Part shown: in pieces, positions 35,104 through 49,800 of the stretch | Position numbering within the stretch: position 1 is the first letter of the stretch | Layout of the letters: every line of letters starts with the position of its first letter | Origin: Nemertoderma westbladi | Lineage: Eukaryota; Animalia; Xenacoelomorpha | Assembly (NCBI GenBank): GCA_032718475.1 | Contig: JAUCBJ010007098.1 | Location: 1 to 64,000, forward strand | Reading direction: 5' to 3' | Length of the DNA stretch: 64,000 bases | Notes under the pieces: generated by a model | Seen by the model: the letters and a program-made list of their open reading frames with translations, nothing else | Databases searched by the model: none | What the model was told of the DNA's origin: nothing | Made by a program: the position numbers and the translations under genes

Positions 35104-36113
35104 TTAGAGGCATGTTGAAAATCATGTATCATTTGTAAAATTAGAAATCACATATTAAGTCGCTCCTTTTACCCGCGTCTCTAAAATGTATAAGCTTTCC
35201 TTCTAATTTTCATTAAACTGGTTATTTGAACAACGCGTTGCGCACCCAGCCGCCTTATTGGCAACTTGTGATTGTCATTGCAAAAACCCAGCTCTACCCT
35301 GCAGCCCAGCAGCTTGCAGTTTTATGCTAGTCGGTCACTGCTAAAGCTTGGAGAAGCTACCTGTTCAACTCTAACCTTGTACTTCGACAATGTTCTCCAT
35401 TGTGGCCAATCATTCACTTCCCTTCGCCGGTTGGCGGTTGCCGAATGATACTGGGCTTAGACTATCACCAAACTTTCCGTATAGTTTATGGCTGATTTGG
35501 GACGCTTTGTTTCTGGGCCTGTCCGCAGTGCAACATATATTCAAGTCATAGTAGTCTTACCGGGAATGGAAATAATTAACCGAGAGGTGATTATTGAGGG
35601 AAATATTCGACGTACAAACAAACCAGTTGGAAGAATCGATTGCGATTCGATTTAGTTATCGCAGACTCGGCTACTGATTAGTTTCACGCCCGCCATCGCA
35701 TGGCACACTCTCGTTGGAAGGGTAGAAGGGCCAACATTCTACCCCTACCTATTAATAGCTCTTATGGAGCAGTTTACAGCTTACAACAACAACAAAGTTT
35801 ATAGCATCATTACCGTTTCGGGACTGGCACAAAATAAGTCAGGATTGAAAGTTGTACAGTTTGTTTATGTCTAGTCTAGTCTTTACCACACTCACTTGGT
35901 ATAGGTGCTGCCTATATTCCAGAGCGACAAGCCTAACATGACCGAGTAGCCGAGTATGACCGCTCTAAGTATAAATTTGACCACTTCAACTTCAACTAAA
36001 TCAACTTAAGTCGACGTATTATGCAAACTAGTTAACCAGCAGAGTCAAGTAAATGTTTCAAGCTTCGAAAAAATACCTTACTCAATTTTGGGGGTGCATT
36101 TAATTTTTCGCCC

Positions 36114-36220
36114 CCATTCCATTCCATTCCATTCCATTCCATTCCATTCCATTCCATTCCATTCCATTCCATTCCATTCCATTCCATTCCATTCCATACC
36201 ATTCCATTCCATTCCATTCC
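36114..36220. repeat. (CCATT)n microsatellite, ~21 copies
   Basis: Directly visible. Confidence 0.97.
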
Positions 36221-36749
36221 AATTAATATAATAATTAATCAGTAGTTAAGTAATAAATTCCATACATATATTATTTACATTATCCATATCTTTCTTAATA
36301 TCTCCCACCCTACGACATTTTAGCTGCACTGCACTTATTATTTACAAAGTTCCATATTCCTGGTATAGAACTACCTACCTACCCGTTGGTTGATTGGAAG
36401 ATTTACAAGGAATTCCTATTTATCTTGCTAAAGGCTGATCTGAATGAGGGAATAAGGAATAAATAATGGCATCCTACCAGTAGCTGATACCTCCAACCTC
36501 ATAGTGCGCTAGTGCAGTAGGACTAGCTTTCAGCAATGCCAGCTGGTGGTTGTAGTTTCAGAATTCTAGCGGTGAATAATGTAATAACTTATCTGTTTAA
36601 ATAAAAAATAATTTTCGTAACTAATTTAAGCTGTGTTTCATTTAATAACTTAAAATTAGATTATTTAATTTTTGTTATTTTTATTGTGACACGCACGCCT
36701 GAAGTTAGCTGTGAATTTATTCCCTTGGCAGAACTTTATATCGTGTGGC

Positions 36750-37335
36750 ATCCGAGCGCGCGCCCTTTAGTTGGGAGAGAAATCATCAGAGAGCGTTGCT
36801 GGCAGGCTGAGAGGCAGAGAGAGAGACTGGAGTGCTGGGGGAACGCCTAGCTAGCTTGGGAGTGCAGCAGAGCAGCTATCAGCCGCGGTACTGTAATGCC
36901 AAGGCGCTTCGCGAAACTGATAGAAAGTAAAGTTCGTTTTCCGAGCTTTGGGAAGTTTAGTTTAAGTTTAAATCTTGAGTTGTCTCACTGGAAAATGTTT
37001 GGTAATTCGATAAACGTATTTATCATAGGAATATTATAAGAATGCGAATTAAAGTTTGATTAGTTCATATTTTTAGCGCAAATAATGTCGTATAAATTGA
37101 ACATTATTTACGCTAATGCATTGTGACTCAGTGAAATAATATGATATAAATTACACCGCACCATGTTCACTTTTGCTACACATTAACTGGAGGGATTTCA
37201 TGTGAAAATAAACTGATTATAAACCGTTTTATGTGCCAACAAACGTGATATTGTTGGGCGTACTGGGGGTGGATTGTGTGGGAAATTATTCATGATATTG
37301 GCACTAATTTCAAGACGATTAAAATAGGTAATATG
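36750..37335 (+). promoter_or_regulatory. Putative promoter / first non-coding exon of the BAZ2 gene
   Basis: Local CpG- and GAGA-rich island (cgagcgcgcgcc...gagaggcagagagagaga) in TE-poor sequence, followed by donor-like AG/GTAATA at ~37327. Inference only. Confidence 0.3.
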
Positions 37336-40118
37336 TTAATTAAATTACCATTATAATTGAGGTAATACAATAATGAGTTCCCTAACCAAGAATAGGCAGC
37401 TAAGCTAAATGGCGTTGCGAAGCTACAATTGATTTATCAATGCTCATTAGTTTGTTGCCGTTTTATTGATGGCTAAATAATAACCAGATTACAATAAACG
37501 TTAAGGGAATTCATAGCTTTGTGTTTATCTGTGTGTGTAGAGGCAAACCGGTAACAATCAAACCAATATGATTGCGCGGGGATATGGACATCAGAGGCAG
37601 AGAGATACATTGGGTGAGAAAGGCAAAGCGTGCTTGTTGAATATTCCTATGCCCACTCCTTCATGTGAGTGAAACTATCTTCAATTCTCAGTCTAAAGCA
37701 ATGGGGTTCGTTCTATTACTATGGCCGTGCGTAATCGGCTGTTATGATGCTGCAGTGACAGTGTACTGTATTACTGTGGGTTATTGGTAAGCCAATCTCA
37801 ACTCGAATGACAGTGAGAGAGCGAGCCGGCAGTGAATGCTGGTGTATGGCAGCATGGCCCCTATCAATACTAGAGCAAGCTCAGATAGTTGAGTAGTAGG
37901 AACTGTGGCATTACAATCAGGGGGCTGTACTGTGTCACTGTGAGTAAGATTATTGTTGCACGGTTAACGTGTGCTGTGTATGAGAGAACCGAGAGCCTTC
38001 CTGCAATATAATTAGAAGTTGCTCTGGCTAATACACACACTCTCACATACAGTTACAGTCCGCTGATAGATAGATAGATAGATATTGGGAACATTTTATA
38101 ATTCGCAGTGGCTGGCTGGCTGGCTGCAGCTTAGCCGATCTCACTAACAAACACTAATGTACCATATCCCTTCCCTTATGCTAACACAACATATTATACA
38201 CACATTTAGAGGGAGAGCCACCCCCAACATATATAATAATACTTTATAGGTTACCCTTATATATCAACCAATTGGTTGAATGTTATATGCTGTCATGGCC
38301 ATAGGAAGGCACAATGTATAATATGTACAGTATATTAACTATGTGATTCCCACTACTTCTACATAAATTACTCCCTAATACAATATATGCTAGCATTGTA
38401 TTACTATTAGTATTACAGTTATATCTATCTATCTGTGTTTGTACGTAAGTGGTTCAACAATTCTCAATATCCTATGAACTCAGATTCCTCTTTTATATTA
38501 TATGCCTTATTGATTAGTCTGGCTAGATATGTCGGTAATAATAATTCTATGTACCAAACCGATACAACTCTCTCTAATATAAATTGTTTGAGCTATATTG
38601 CTCATGTAGTTAATGGCCCACACCATTCGTTTTATAGTGTACTTACTGTAGTATAGCGTTTATTTATATTCATTATTATTATTTGATGTAATCAACTACT
38701 GTATATTCAATGCCTTCTTATTCATTCATTCTTATAGTTAAGAATTGGAATGTGAATCTTATGTCACAAAACTATATCCGGTAAGTTGTGATTAAGTAAG
38801 ACGGCTCTTATGATGTTCATGTGTCTATTTAATATAAATAATATTTGTTTCTGTCTGAGATAAATTATTGTATGTATTATATTATATTGTATTTATTTTA
38901 TTGTTTTATTTAACTTTTCATTTTTCCTTATGCTTTTGCCATTGTGCCGATGCCGTAACTGTAGATACTTTGAAACATAATCTTACACTTTGTTTCAGTT
39001 TAACTGTATCTTTAGCTCTTTACTTTTCCAACAGCTGACTAATGAATGATTACATATTGGTATTTTGTTGTATAGCTTACGTTATATAAGCAACATATGT
39101 TTTAAATTGGGTATTTCTGCTATCACAGAGATGTATTATTACAATTACAATATTGTACGAGTACACTACTTATTATTATAATAGTATTCTTCATGCATAT
39201 TGTAATTGTTACTTAATGGTAATAATACTTAGCATTAACATCATAAATCTAATGAGAAAAGTATTATCCTTGTATATTATCGTTGGTTTAATCATATGGT
39301 GACTATATGGCAATGGCATATATTATATATCTTATATCTGGCAATTTTAATATCGCTTCTTATAAATTTATTGACAAAGAGAGGGTAAATTTATACGCAA
39401 ATTCTACCTCTTCGAATTAACAATGTTTTTCGCCGATTTACCCCTCTGGAGAGGATTTCATTTTCTTGTGTGATCAATGATTTATTATTATTATATATTG
39501 CTAGTTTAGGGTATTGTTTAAAGTAGATATGGCGATATTAATTTTAATTAATATTGAATTTAACATTGAGGCGGGATATTAATTCGCCGACATGAGAATT
39601 CCGTCAAATTTGCCTCCTTTCTCCTAATTCAGTCATTGATTTTTCTCTCTTTTTTTCTCGAAGATTGTTAGCACTTTATTAATTGTGTCATTACTTCTCG
39701 TTCTCTAGCGAGGTGCTTGGCTTGTTTGTACTTATGCAACGTGTTGTTCTAATAACTGTGGATTAATACAACAGTTTGCGAGTTTGGTGCACAGTTACTA
39801 ACTTTTGCCGTTTACTTAAATGATGAGATGTTTTGATGTGACGCTTGTATGTCTCGTTCTTATAATATAGTACGATTGAGTCCTATAAAATTGCGATCTC
39901 TGCGATTCATCAGTGCGTTTAGGTTTACATTATAAATTTGTTTATATTTTTGACTTTACTTTACATGCCGTTCTTACTATCGCCGAGTACTGTATTGTTA
40001 TAATAATGATATATAAACCCCCACGTTAGCTACAGTAAATTCCGGCTGCATGGCCTATAGTTTTGTAAGTTTAATCATATTTCGCGCAGTTTCGTGTATT
40101 TCGTGTAGTTGTGAGACC

Positions 40119-40349
40119 TAGACAGGGGGCTATAGAAGGGGGGGGGGGGGGGGGGGGGGCTGGACTCACATCCCATCCCGGTTAATTAATATCTCGCCTC
40201 AATGTTAAATTAACAATTTGGGGAAAGGAGCAGGTTACAGTGGCAGGCTATTCTATCAAAAACAACATTCTAAACCCAAGAAGGGGATATTTGCGTCGAG
40301 GAGAGGGATCAATATTTATTTTTTTTATAGCCCCCCCCCCCCCTCTCTG
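40119..40349. mobile_element. MITE related to family A
   Basis: Termini TAGACAGGGGGCTATA / TATAGCCCC...CTCTCTG; interior contains ctcaatgttaaatt...gggaaaggagcaggttacagtggca. Confidence 0.6.
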
Positions 40350-40390
40350 GTTGTGGTATATTGTGTATAATTTTACTATTTATGTATATT

Positions 40391-42392
40391 TTACTTGAAC
40401 ACCAACTCAACCCATTTTACTTGAACACCAACATTACATACTTTACTAGAACACCAATCTGATATACCTTATTTGAACACCAATTCAACCCATTTTACTT
40501 GAACACCAACATGACATACCTTACTTGAACACCAATCAGATATAATTTACTTGAACACCAACTCAACCCATTTTAATTGAACATCAACATTACATACTTT
40601 ACTTGAACACCAACATGATATACTTTACTTGAGCACCAACTCAACCCATTTTAATTGAACACAAACATGACATACTTAACTTGAACACCAATCGGATATA
40701 CTTTACTTGAAATCCAACTCAACTCATTTTACTTGAACACCAACATGACATACTTTACTTGAACACCAACATGACATACTTTACTTGAACACCAACATGA
40801 TATACTTTACTTGAGCACCAACTCAACTCAATTTAATTAAACACAAACATGACATACTTTACTAAAACACTAATCAGATATACTTTACTTGAGCACCAAC
40901 TCAACTCAATTTAATTAAACACAAACATAACATACTTTACTAAACCACCAATCAGATATACTTTCCTTGAGCACCAACTCAACTCAATTTAATTAAACAC
41001 AAACATGACATACTTTACTAAAACACTAATCAGATATACTTTACTTGAGCACCAACTCAACTCAATTTAATTAAACACAAACATGACATACTTTACTAAA
41101 ACACTAATCAGATATACTTTACTTGAGCACCAACTCAACTCAATTTAATTAAACACAAACATGACATACTTTACTAAAACACCAATCAGATATACTTTTA
41201 CTTGAGCACCAACTCAACCCATTTTAATTGAACACCAACATGACATACTTTACTAAAACACACTTTACTTAAACACCAACTCAACTCATTTTACTTGAAC
41301 ACCAACATGACATACTTTACTTGAACACCAATATGACATACTTTACTTGAACACCATCATGATATACTTTACTTGAGCACCAACTCAACTCAATTTAATT
41401 AAACACCAATCAGATATACTTTACTTGAGCACCAACTAAACTCAATTTAATTAAACACCAACATGATATACTTTACTTGAACACCAACATGACATACTTT
41501 ACTTGAACACCAACATGACATAATTTACTTGAACACCAACATGATATACTTTCCTTGAGCATCAACTCAACTCAATTTAATTAAACACAAACATGACATA
41601 CTTTACTAAAACACCAATCAGATATACTTTACTTGAGCACCAACTCAACTCAATTTAATTAAAAACAAACATGACATACTTTACTAGAACACCAATCAAA
41701 TATACCTTACTTGAGCACCAACTCAACTCAATTTAATTAAACACAAACATGACATACTTTACTAGAACACCAATCAGATATACTTTACTTACTTGAATAC
41801 CAATCTGATATATTTTACTTGACCTCGAACCTGTCTTCTTTATTCCAACACAAACAAAACTTACTTTACAGGAACATGACCTGACTTAATTAACTTGATC
41901 ACAAACCAGGAATATTTTACTTGTACGCCAATCGGACATAGTTTAATGTAACTTCAACCAGACATACTTCACTTGAACACCAACCCGACCCACATGACTT
42001 TAACACCAACCTAATATACTTTACTTGAATACCAAGATGATATACTTTACTTGATTACCAATTGGACGCCAATGATACATACTTTACTTGAACACCAACT
42101 CAACCCATTTTACTTGAACACCAACTCAACCCATTTTACTTGAACACCAACTCAACCCATTTTACTTGAACACCAACCTAATATACTTTACTTGAACACC
42201 AATCTGACTGCTTTATTTGAACATTAATTTGCACACTTGACAAGAACATGAATCAGACATGCTTAAAACTAGATCACCAACCTGGCATATTTTACTTAAC
42301 GCCAACCCGACATACTTACTAGAACGACAATGATACATACTTCACTTGAATACCAACTTTATTTGAACTCCAACCTGCCATAATTTACTTGA
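40391..42392. repeat. 26-bp tandem repeat (TTTACTTGAACACCAACATGACATAC) with 78-bp trimeric higher-order blocks
   Basis: Directly visible; trimer (gagcaccaactcaactc / aaacacaaacatgac / aaaacactaatcagat) repeated at ~40810-41210 and ~41550-41790; degenerate towards the right end. Confidence 0.93.
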
Positions 42393-43262
42393 ATATACTA
42401 TAGCTAACTTTGAAAATGTCGAACTTTGAATATGACATATCAAAATGTCAATTTTAAAATGACATTATGACATGTCTAAATGTCAATTTGATATTCTGTA
42501 TCAAATGAGAAAAAGGAAGTTTGCTCTCGAAAAAAGTAGGTTGGCCACTTTGGGCCACCGTAGGTACTGCTGTTTCAACCGTGAATAGTGGTACCCTTAT
42601 GATACACTTGCTTAATGCGTTTTACGCGAGGGGAAGCGTACGTCTGCCTGTTGGCAAATATTTGAAGGCTAATAACTCAGTGAAACTTTGTTGAAATTAA
42701 ACCAAACCTGGTACATTTGTGCAGAAGTTGTCTGTCAAAAGTTTGAAATAGAATTTGCGTGGGTGTCTCAGCAGTTATCCAATCTCCCTCTGGATGGCGT
42801 CTAAGCAATGGTTGACGTAGCTTTATGATAAAGCTTGCTTACTTCACAATGTTCGATAACCCCACGAACATGTAGTACTTTAAGTGATATTATATAAATT
42901 GAGTATTATGTGCTGTGTAAACCAGTAAACGTAGTGTGATCGTGACCATACCCACCAACTATACAAAAAGTTAGTTCAAAACTAAAAGTTTATTATTTCT
43001 TGTATTAAGAGTTATTCTTTATTGATATTTGTGCTACTGTACATTAAATTCTAAGGTTTTGTTTTATTCTAGAGGCGCTCTAACCATTCCTATAGCAGCT
43101 TAGGTAAAAGGTAGACCTGGAAATACTACCTGATATCTTTTATGTACGCCATTCCTCATGGTTCTCATGCCCTCTCATCTGTCAATACTATTTATCTGCA
43201 GCCACTGTGATCATTGATCAACCACATTTTATCTTTAAGAAACATATAGATAATTAACCTTT

Positions 43263-43575
43263 GGGGGCGTTCATAGAGTATGTCACGCAGCTTCAAACTA
43301 CATTACTGTACATGTACAAGGCAGACTAGACAGGGGTGTCCTGTTAATGTTAGGGATTAAATTCAATGTTATTGAGTTTATTGTTTTTACCTTAAAGTTT
43401 CCCACTCATCTACAAATGTGTTAGTCAAAGTCAAGCTAACATTAAAGCATACCGCAGAACATCGCCGTGAGCGTCACAAAAGTCAACCCCCCCCCCCCCC
43501 CCCCCCCCCCCTGTCACAAAATGTCACGCAAGCTCGATCCCCCCCTAGTGCGTGACATACTTTATGAACGCCTCC
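43263..43575. mobile_element. PIF/Harbinger-like MITE
   Basis: TIRs GGGGGCGTTCATAGAGTATGTCACGCA / TGCGTGACATACTTTATGAACGCCTCC with TTT on both flanks; a lone similar terminus at ~57624-57647. Confidence 0.7.
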
Positions 43576-43814
43576 TTTATCTAACAAGCAACTCAGGTTT
43601 ATTTTTCCTCATGTAAGTTGTATCGATCTGTGCCAAGCTCACCATTGCATTGCGTTGCACCTTACAGCAGACTATTAATTTAGTAATAGTAACATATTTC
43701 TAATTATTGTAGGTCTGGCCAACTATAAATGTTTGTTTATTGCTTCAAATATTATATTATTTGAGATGTTGTTGTATTTGTGATAAATGGCATAAGAAAA
43801 CATAAATCATTATT

Positions 43815-46800
43815 ATGGAGTCGACTGATAGAAGAAGTTATCCATCTTCTTCTGATAGACATCCAACTAGTTCAACTCGTATACCCTCAGACTCATCGGC
43901 AGACTACGCAGCAACTGGGTCATTAACAGAACGCAGTTTGTCTAGTTACAATGACCAAAATGCGGTCTACGCAGCGGCTGTAGCCGCACAACAACTATCT
44001 CTACTTCAACACTCCGCAGCTGGCGACCCCTATGGACTTGTTGCGGCTGCAAGTCTGCAACAAGCAGCGGCCTCATCTTATCCAACCTCTTCTATGGCCG
44101 CATTAGCTGCAGCTGCAGCCTACCAACCACATTTCGCATCCTACGCTTCCCAGCTGAACCAAGGCGCCATGTCAGATTGGTGGCGTATGTACGGCAGTCT
44201 GGGTGGTGGTGGCTACTTGAGTGGCGCACCTCTCATTGGCACATATGGTGACTCACCTATCATTACTTCCCACCATCACCACAGTATAAGTACTGGTGCA
44301 GCCACCACCACCAACCGATGTAACTCGTCCACCAAATCTCCAGGAGCTGCATCAGACAGTGGTGCCAGTTCTATTGATACAAGTTTGAACTCAATGTGCA
44401 GCGAACCTCCAAATTGCACGAGATCGTCTTCTATTGTTACTGCATCAACAGCCTCACCATTTAAGCATTCCACCACAGCTACACCATCCACTCTATCACT
44501 GTACCACATTCCTACGCCATCCATATCCACAGTTTCCATGGATACACCATTCCACGAATTACCCCTTTTCCAGACCACTCCTAATAAAGATAAGAAAGAG
44601 GTTGCCACAACTCCTGACAGTGAATCAAAGCTTTTATCAAATAAACCTATTCTAGACTTGAGTAAAATATTTACTACCCCAGAAATGAATGTAGTACAGC
44701 CATCCAATGAAATTGTGCAAAAGGCTTCAGTGATTGGTTCTTCTTACCTTGGTAGTGAGTCCACATCAGCTTATGTTGAATCATTAATCAAACAGACTTT
44801 GACAGGCAGCTCCAGCTATTTAGGTGGGGGAGGTGGCGATTTAGGTGCTGGTGAATCTGATTTCTCCACTGCAATGCTCATGGCTATGTCTCCATCTTCA
44901 ACTCATGGTGCCCGGCGTAGCAGCACCACTGGTTCTACAAGCTCTAGGAGAAGGAAGGCTCGTATTGAGTGTGAAGGGAACAGCTCCCAACAAGTCAGGC
45001 GATCTGAGTCAGAGGTGAGTGATGATATTGAAGGCTGCAGCACTGATGCCTCTACAACTGATGATAATGAACACCGTCAATTGGTGCAGACACGTAAATC
45101 CCAGTCAAAGCGGCAGCATCCTCGCAGTGCATTTACATCAACCTCACCAAGGGAATACTCTAGAATTGCAATGCCATCCCCTAGGTTACCAGCTCCACGA
45201 GCATCATTTAAATCGCCTTCGAATGGAATGAGTGCAGCTTCAACATCAGGCAACCTCCATTTGGATCAATTATTCTCAGAGGATTTCTCTGCCAAAGCAC
45301 TCCTCAACTCATTGGCCCAACGTACTTTACAGTCTGATAATCAAAAGGTAATTTCATCTATTTCTATAGAGAAGGAATGTCATGAAGATTCTGACACACC
45401 TCTTGATTTCTCAAATAAGAAGATTACTAGTGAGAAAAAACTAAATGAGGTCAGTTGCAAAACGTTTGTGAAAGCAAACAATATGGAAATCCCCCGTGAT
45501 TTGAGTTGCAGTACTTCTAAAGGTGTATCCAACCCACTGTGTCCTTCTACCAAGTCTGCAACTGAACCAATGGAATTTAACCCATCTGCTATCTATATGC
45601 AACAGCAGAAACGCACCCCTAAAGATGTGGAGGCGTTGATGGCCCCATTAAAGCATGGTTGGCGACGACAGACAACTGTGCGTTGCTTTAGTCGTGGTGG
45701 TATTCGTGGTGACACAGTTTACTTTGCACCCTGTGGGAAAAAGCTTCGCAATTGTGCCGAAGTGTTCCGTTATTTGGATAGACACAATGTTTCATATGCA
45801 ACCCGACAAAGCTTTAGTTTTAGTGCAAAACTTATTATTGGAGAGCATATTGAAGCAAAGCATGGATGTACTGCAGATGCAGCACCAGGGACAGTTGAAT
45901 ATCGGAAAATTCCATATGAAGAACTTATATCTCGATTGAATAAAGTTCAAAAGTCCCGAAGGACTTTAAAAATGTTACTAAATAAAGAGCAGGGTTCAAC
46001 CTCGGGTTTAATTGGGTTTGGAGAACCTTCTAAAGGTACACCATCTATACCTCGACCTGGTAATAGTATAAATTTACCATCAACTAATGTGAATAATGTG
46101 CTTAAACAACATGCCATTACAACAAATAGTTTTCAGTCACAGTCATTTAATACCACATCTACTGTTGATCATGCTGCATTGTATAAGAAATTATCTGAAG
46201 AGAAAGAAAGGCGTCGGTTGGATAGGCAGAGAACACTGGTTATAGCTAGAGAAGCACGAGCTAAAAAAGTTCTAGAACGTCAGAAAGAAAGAGAGCGAGT
46301 GGCAAACAGGATTGTTCAAGACCGAAAACGGAAATATGAAGAAATTGCCAAAGCCAAGTATGAGGACTACATCTCAAAACACAAAGAAAGGGAAGCTAAG
46401 CGTGAGCAGGCTAGCTTGATTAAAAACCAAGAGCGTGATCGCAAACAGCATTATACATTGTTGGTTCGAGCAATGGAAGGAAAACGACATGTTGAAGACA
46501 GAGAACTTTGCAGAAAAGAACGGATTAAGGAACAGCAAAGGGAACGGGAGCGACGTATTGCAGAAAAGCATCAAGAAGCCATCCGAGCTTTGGAGAGATT
46601 GCCCCGAGAGGACATGTGTGTGAAGGATGCGAAGGACCTTCCAGATATTCCTCGAGTTACAGGCAATCAGTTAAGTGGACCAGCATATGCCGATCTACTC
46701 ATGACAGTTGAGTTTATACAGACTTTTCATATTGCTCTTGGATTGAATATCGAACAGAATGTGCCAACAATCGATGCCTTACATAGAGGAATGTTCAATG

Positions 46801-49800
46801 ACCACAGTTACCTTGAAGTATTTCTTAATTTCTTTTGTGTCTTGCTTGACTTATGTCGTAAGGATCCAGGATTCCCTCCTAACTCTCAGGATAAAACATT
46901 GACAGGAGAGCCTTGTGATAAAGTCAGACTGACTGACCATAATGTAGGTGAAATTTTCCGTTTGTACCTCCTTGCAAGGGGTGGTCTACATGATACTATT
47001 GAAGCTTTAGAGACTAAACCATTGCAGTGTTTGTCTCCCAATTTGAAAAGTGCTTGCTTGGCATTCCTTGTTAATGATCTGTTAACTAGTAAAGAAATTA
47101 CACGGGAGATTGATAATAATATTGAACACATGGTGAATCTCCGACGTGACAAGTGGATATCTGAAGGAAAAGTTAGAAAACTTAAGATAATCCATGCCAA
47201 GAAGTATAAAGAGTTAATGCAACATGGTGAAAAGAAGGAAGATAATGATGATGATGACTCCGATGGCTCTGATCGAACTGAGGAGGCAGGCAACATTCTT
47301 ACAGATGCTGAGGTTCAACAAGCTGATAGCCTGACATGTTATGACATTGACAAGAAGGTTGACAAATTATCCAAACAACAGGATGGATTTAAACATCAGT
47401 TGATGGATGCCTCACATACACTGCGGGCTCTGTGTCTTGGTGAGGATCGCTACAAAAGACGCTACTGGATCTTGCCTCATGCTGGTGGACTTTATGTTGA
47501 GTCTGTAGAAAGCTCTGAGTATTGTCTGGATGATTCTATTAATCTTGGTGATGAAGATGCTGATGATGAAATGGAGGATGATGCTGGGGCAGAAAGTGCC
47601 AATGATGATACAGTAAAAGTAGAAGATAAACCAATTGTTGATGACATTGACAAACTTTCAGATAAAGCAGAGTGCAAGACCGAACCAAGTTTTAAGGAAT
47701 GCCTTGAACAGGAAGAAAATACGATTGTTGAAGAAAATGTTATTGATGGTGCGAATGATAAAAACCAGATAAGAATTAATACTGATTTATCATTAGTGGG
47801 GCAACAGGGCTATTCCAACCAAAAGCAATGCAGAGAGGCTGATGAGATCAAAACAGAGCCACCATCAATTATATTTAATTTAATTCCAGATGCTGACAGT
47901 ACTTGTGACCAAGCAGAAAAACTGCCTATAGTTGATATAGATGATTTGGATATTTCTGAAAATGGTATAGCTGAGTTGGATATTTCTGAAAATGGTGAGC
48001 ATAGTGATCTTCGAGTGGGTGGCATGTTTTCAGATGATGACTCAGATTTTGAGGATGTAAAAATAAATGTTAATAATGCTGTTTGCAGTTCTATTGACAA
48101 TCACTCTGAATCTTTCTATATTAGTGAACAAACTATAACGTCTGGCAGCTATACTGGGTTACCTATGATGGGTAACCATAACAGAGCCAGTTTAACAACT
48201 GGATTTACTACTGGTATAGAAAATGCTACTGGTATCGATGAGGTCTCATCTATTGCACCTTATTATTCTTTAGCTGGTACTACACCCAAAGAAATTTGTC
48301 ATGAAATTTATTCAACTCACCCTGTCAACATTTCCATCAATGTTTCATTAAATAGTCAACCTATTAATGGGGATAGAAACAAGATAGAAACAGATCAAAC
48401 TGAGTTGTATTCAAAAACTGGGAGACCCTCTCTAGTTAGTCAAAATTTGACTGGCATTGGTGTTATGGTGAATGGCTTTGGTGAGCTGGAACATATCCCA
48501 AACATTACAGGCAATTGTGAAAATGCCGTTTATTCTTCATCTCCATTTGTTACAACCACCAGCAAATCTTTGATGTCAAACCTGACGAATAAAATTCCAC
48601 AAGGGATTACAAATATGTCTTTGTTTCATATGAAATCGGTTGCTAATAATAATCATACAACTCAAACAAAAACGGTCTTTAAGACAGCTCTAAATCGACC
48701 AGTGGTATCATCTGGTATTGCAGTTTTAGACATAAATGGTCCAAGTCAAATCGTCAAAGTAGAGAATTCAACTGACTGTTTAGTGAAAGGTACTCAATAC
48801 TGTGGCAAAGTATCAAATGATCAGTTTGAGCTTGGGTTTGTTGAGATAGCACAGCCGAGTAAGATTTTAAGAATAGAAAACAATTCAAATGTACCACAAT
48901 TAGTAAGTGAAGACACACTACTACAATCAACATCATCAACTTCAAATCAGATTGAAGATAAAATAGCTCTGGACATTCACAACCTTTTAGCATCATTTCA
49001 AACATATGTATCTGAGAGCATTTCAAAACCTACATTTTCAACAGCTCCAAAACCAGCCCCTCTTGATGTGGAACCTGCTTCTGATATAAGTACCGAGAGT
49101 AATTGTTTACCTGTCATAAGTAGTGCCATCAATATGTGTAACAAAACTAATGATAACTACAGTGTTGTTGTTTCATGTGTGAGTGGGAATCAAGTGCACC
49201 CATTACTTGAATCTCCAACAATCATTGATAGTCCTGAGCCTGTTGTAGTAGCATTTGACCAGTCTGGTACTCTTAAAGGTTTCAACTTCAATTTGGATTT
49301 TTCCAGTGATAACACCTTTGATGAAAGTTCTGTTGCTTCCAGTGCTGATCTTGAAAACTGTAGTGTTGACAATTACAAGAAAGACATAAATTCAAGTGTT
49401 AAATGTGATTACATACAACCATTGACAAAAGAGGTACTGAATGAAAATATGGCAGGTAGTGGTGTAGATAATGACTATAATTTAGGGGATAACAGTAGAA
49501 TCGATATGCTGCCAATTAATGATAATTCAGAAGTTTATACAACAAGTACTAATAAAGATAAAGATACTTTTATTAATGTATCAAAAATATCAGTTGCTCA
49601 AAATGAAAATACCAATGGCGAAGAAATTATTCATGGTAAACCAAGTTGCATCACGAATGCTACTGCTGAAAATAGCAACTCTAATACATCAGAGAGTACC
49701 TTGAAATCGAATCCACCCATTAATTATGAGCAAGCTAATTTGGAAGCATTAACTGAAATTGTATCACCTAACTCTTCACCAACCAATAAACTTCGATCTA

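Noticed and set aside
30500-36000. Short ORFs (60-154 aa) in intergenic DNA
   Set aside because: No recognisable motifs or coding bias. Small exons of an unseen spliced gene cannot be excluded without RNA data.
36114-36220. Human satellite III contamination
   Set aside because: Short simple (CCATT)n embedded in sequence continuous with the non-human context.
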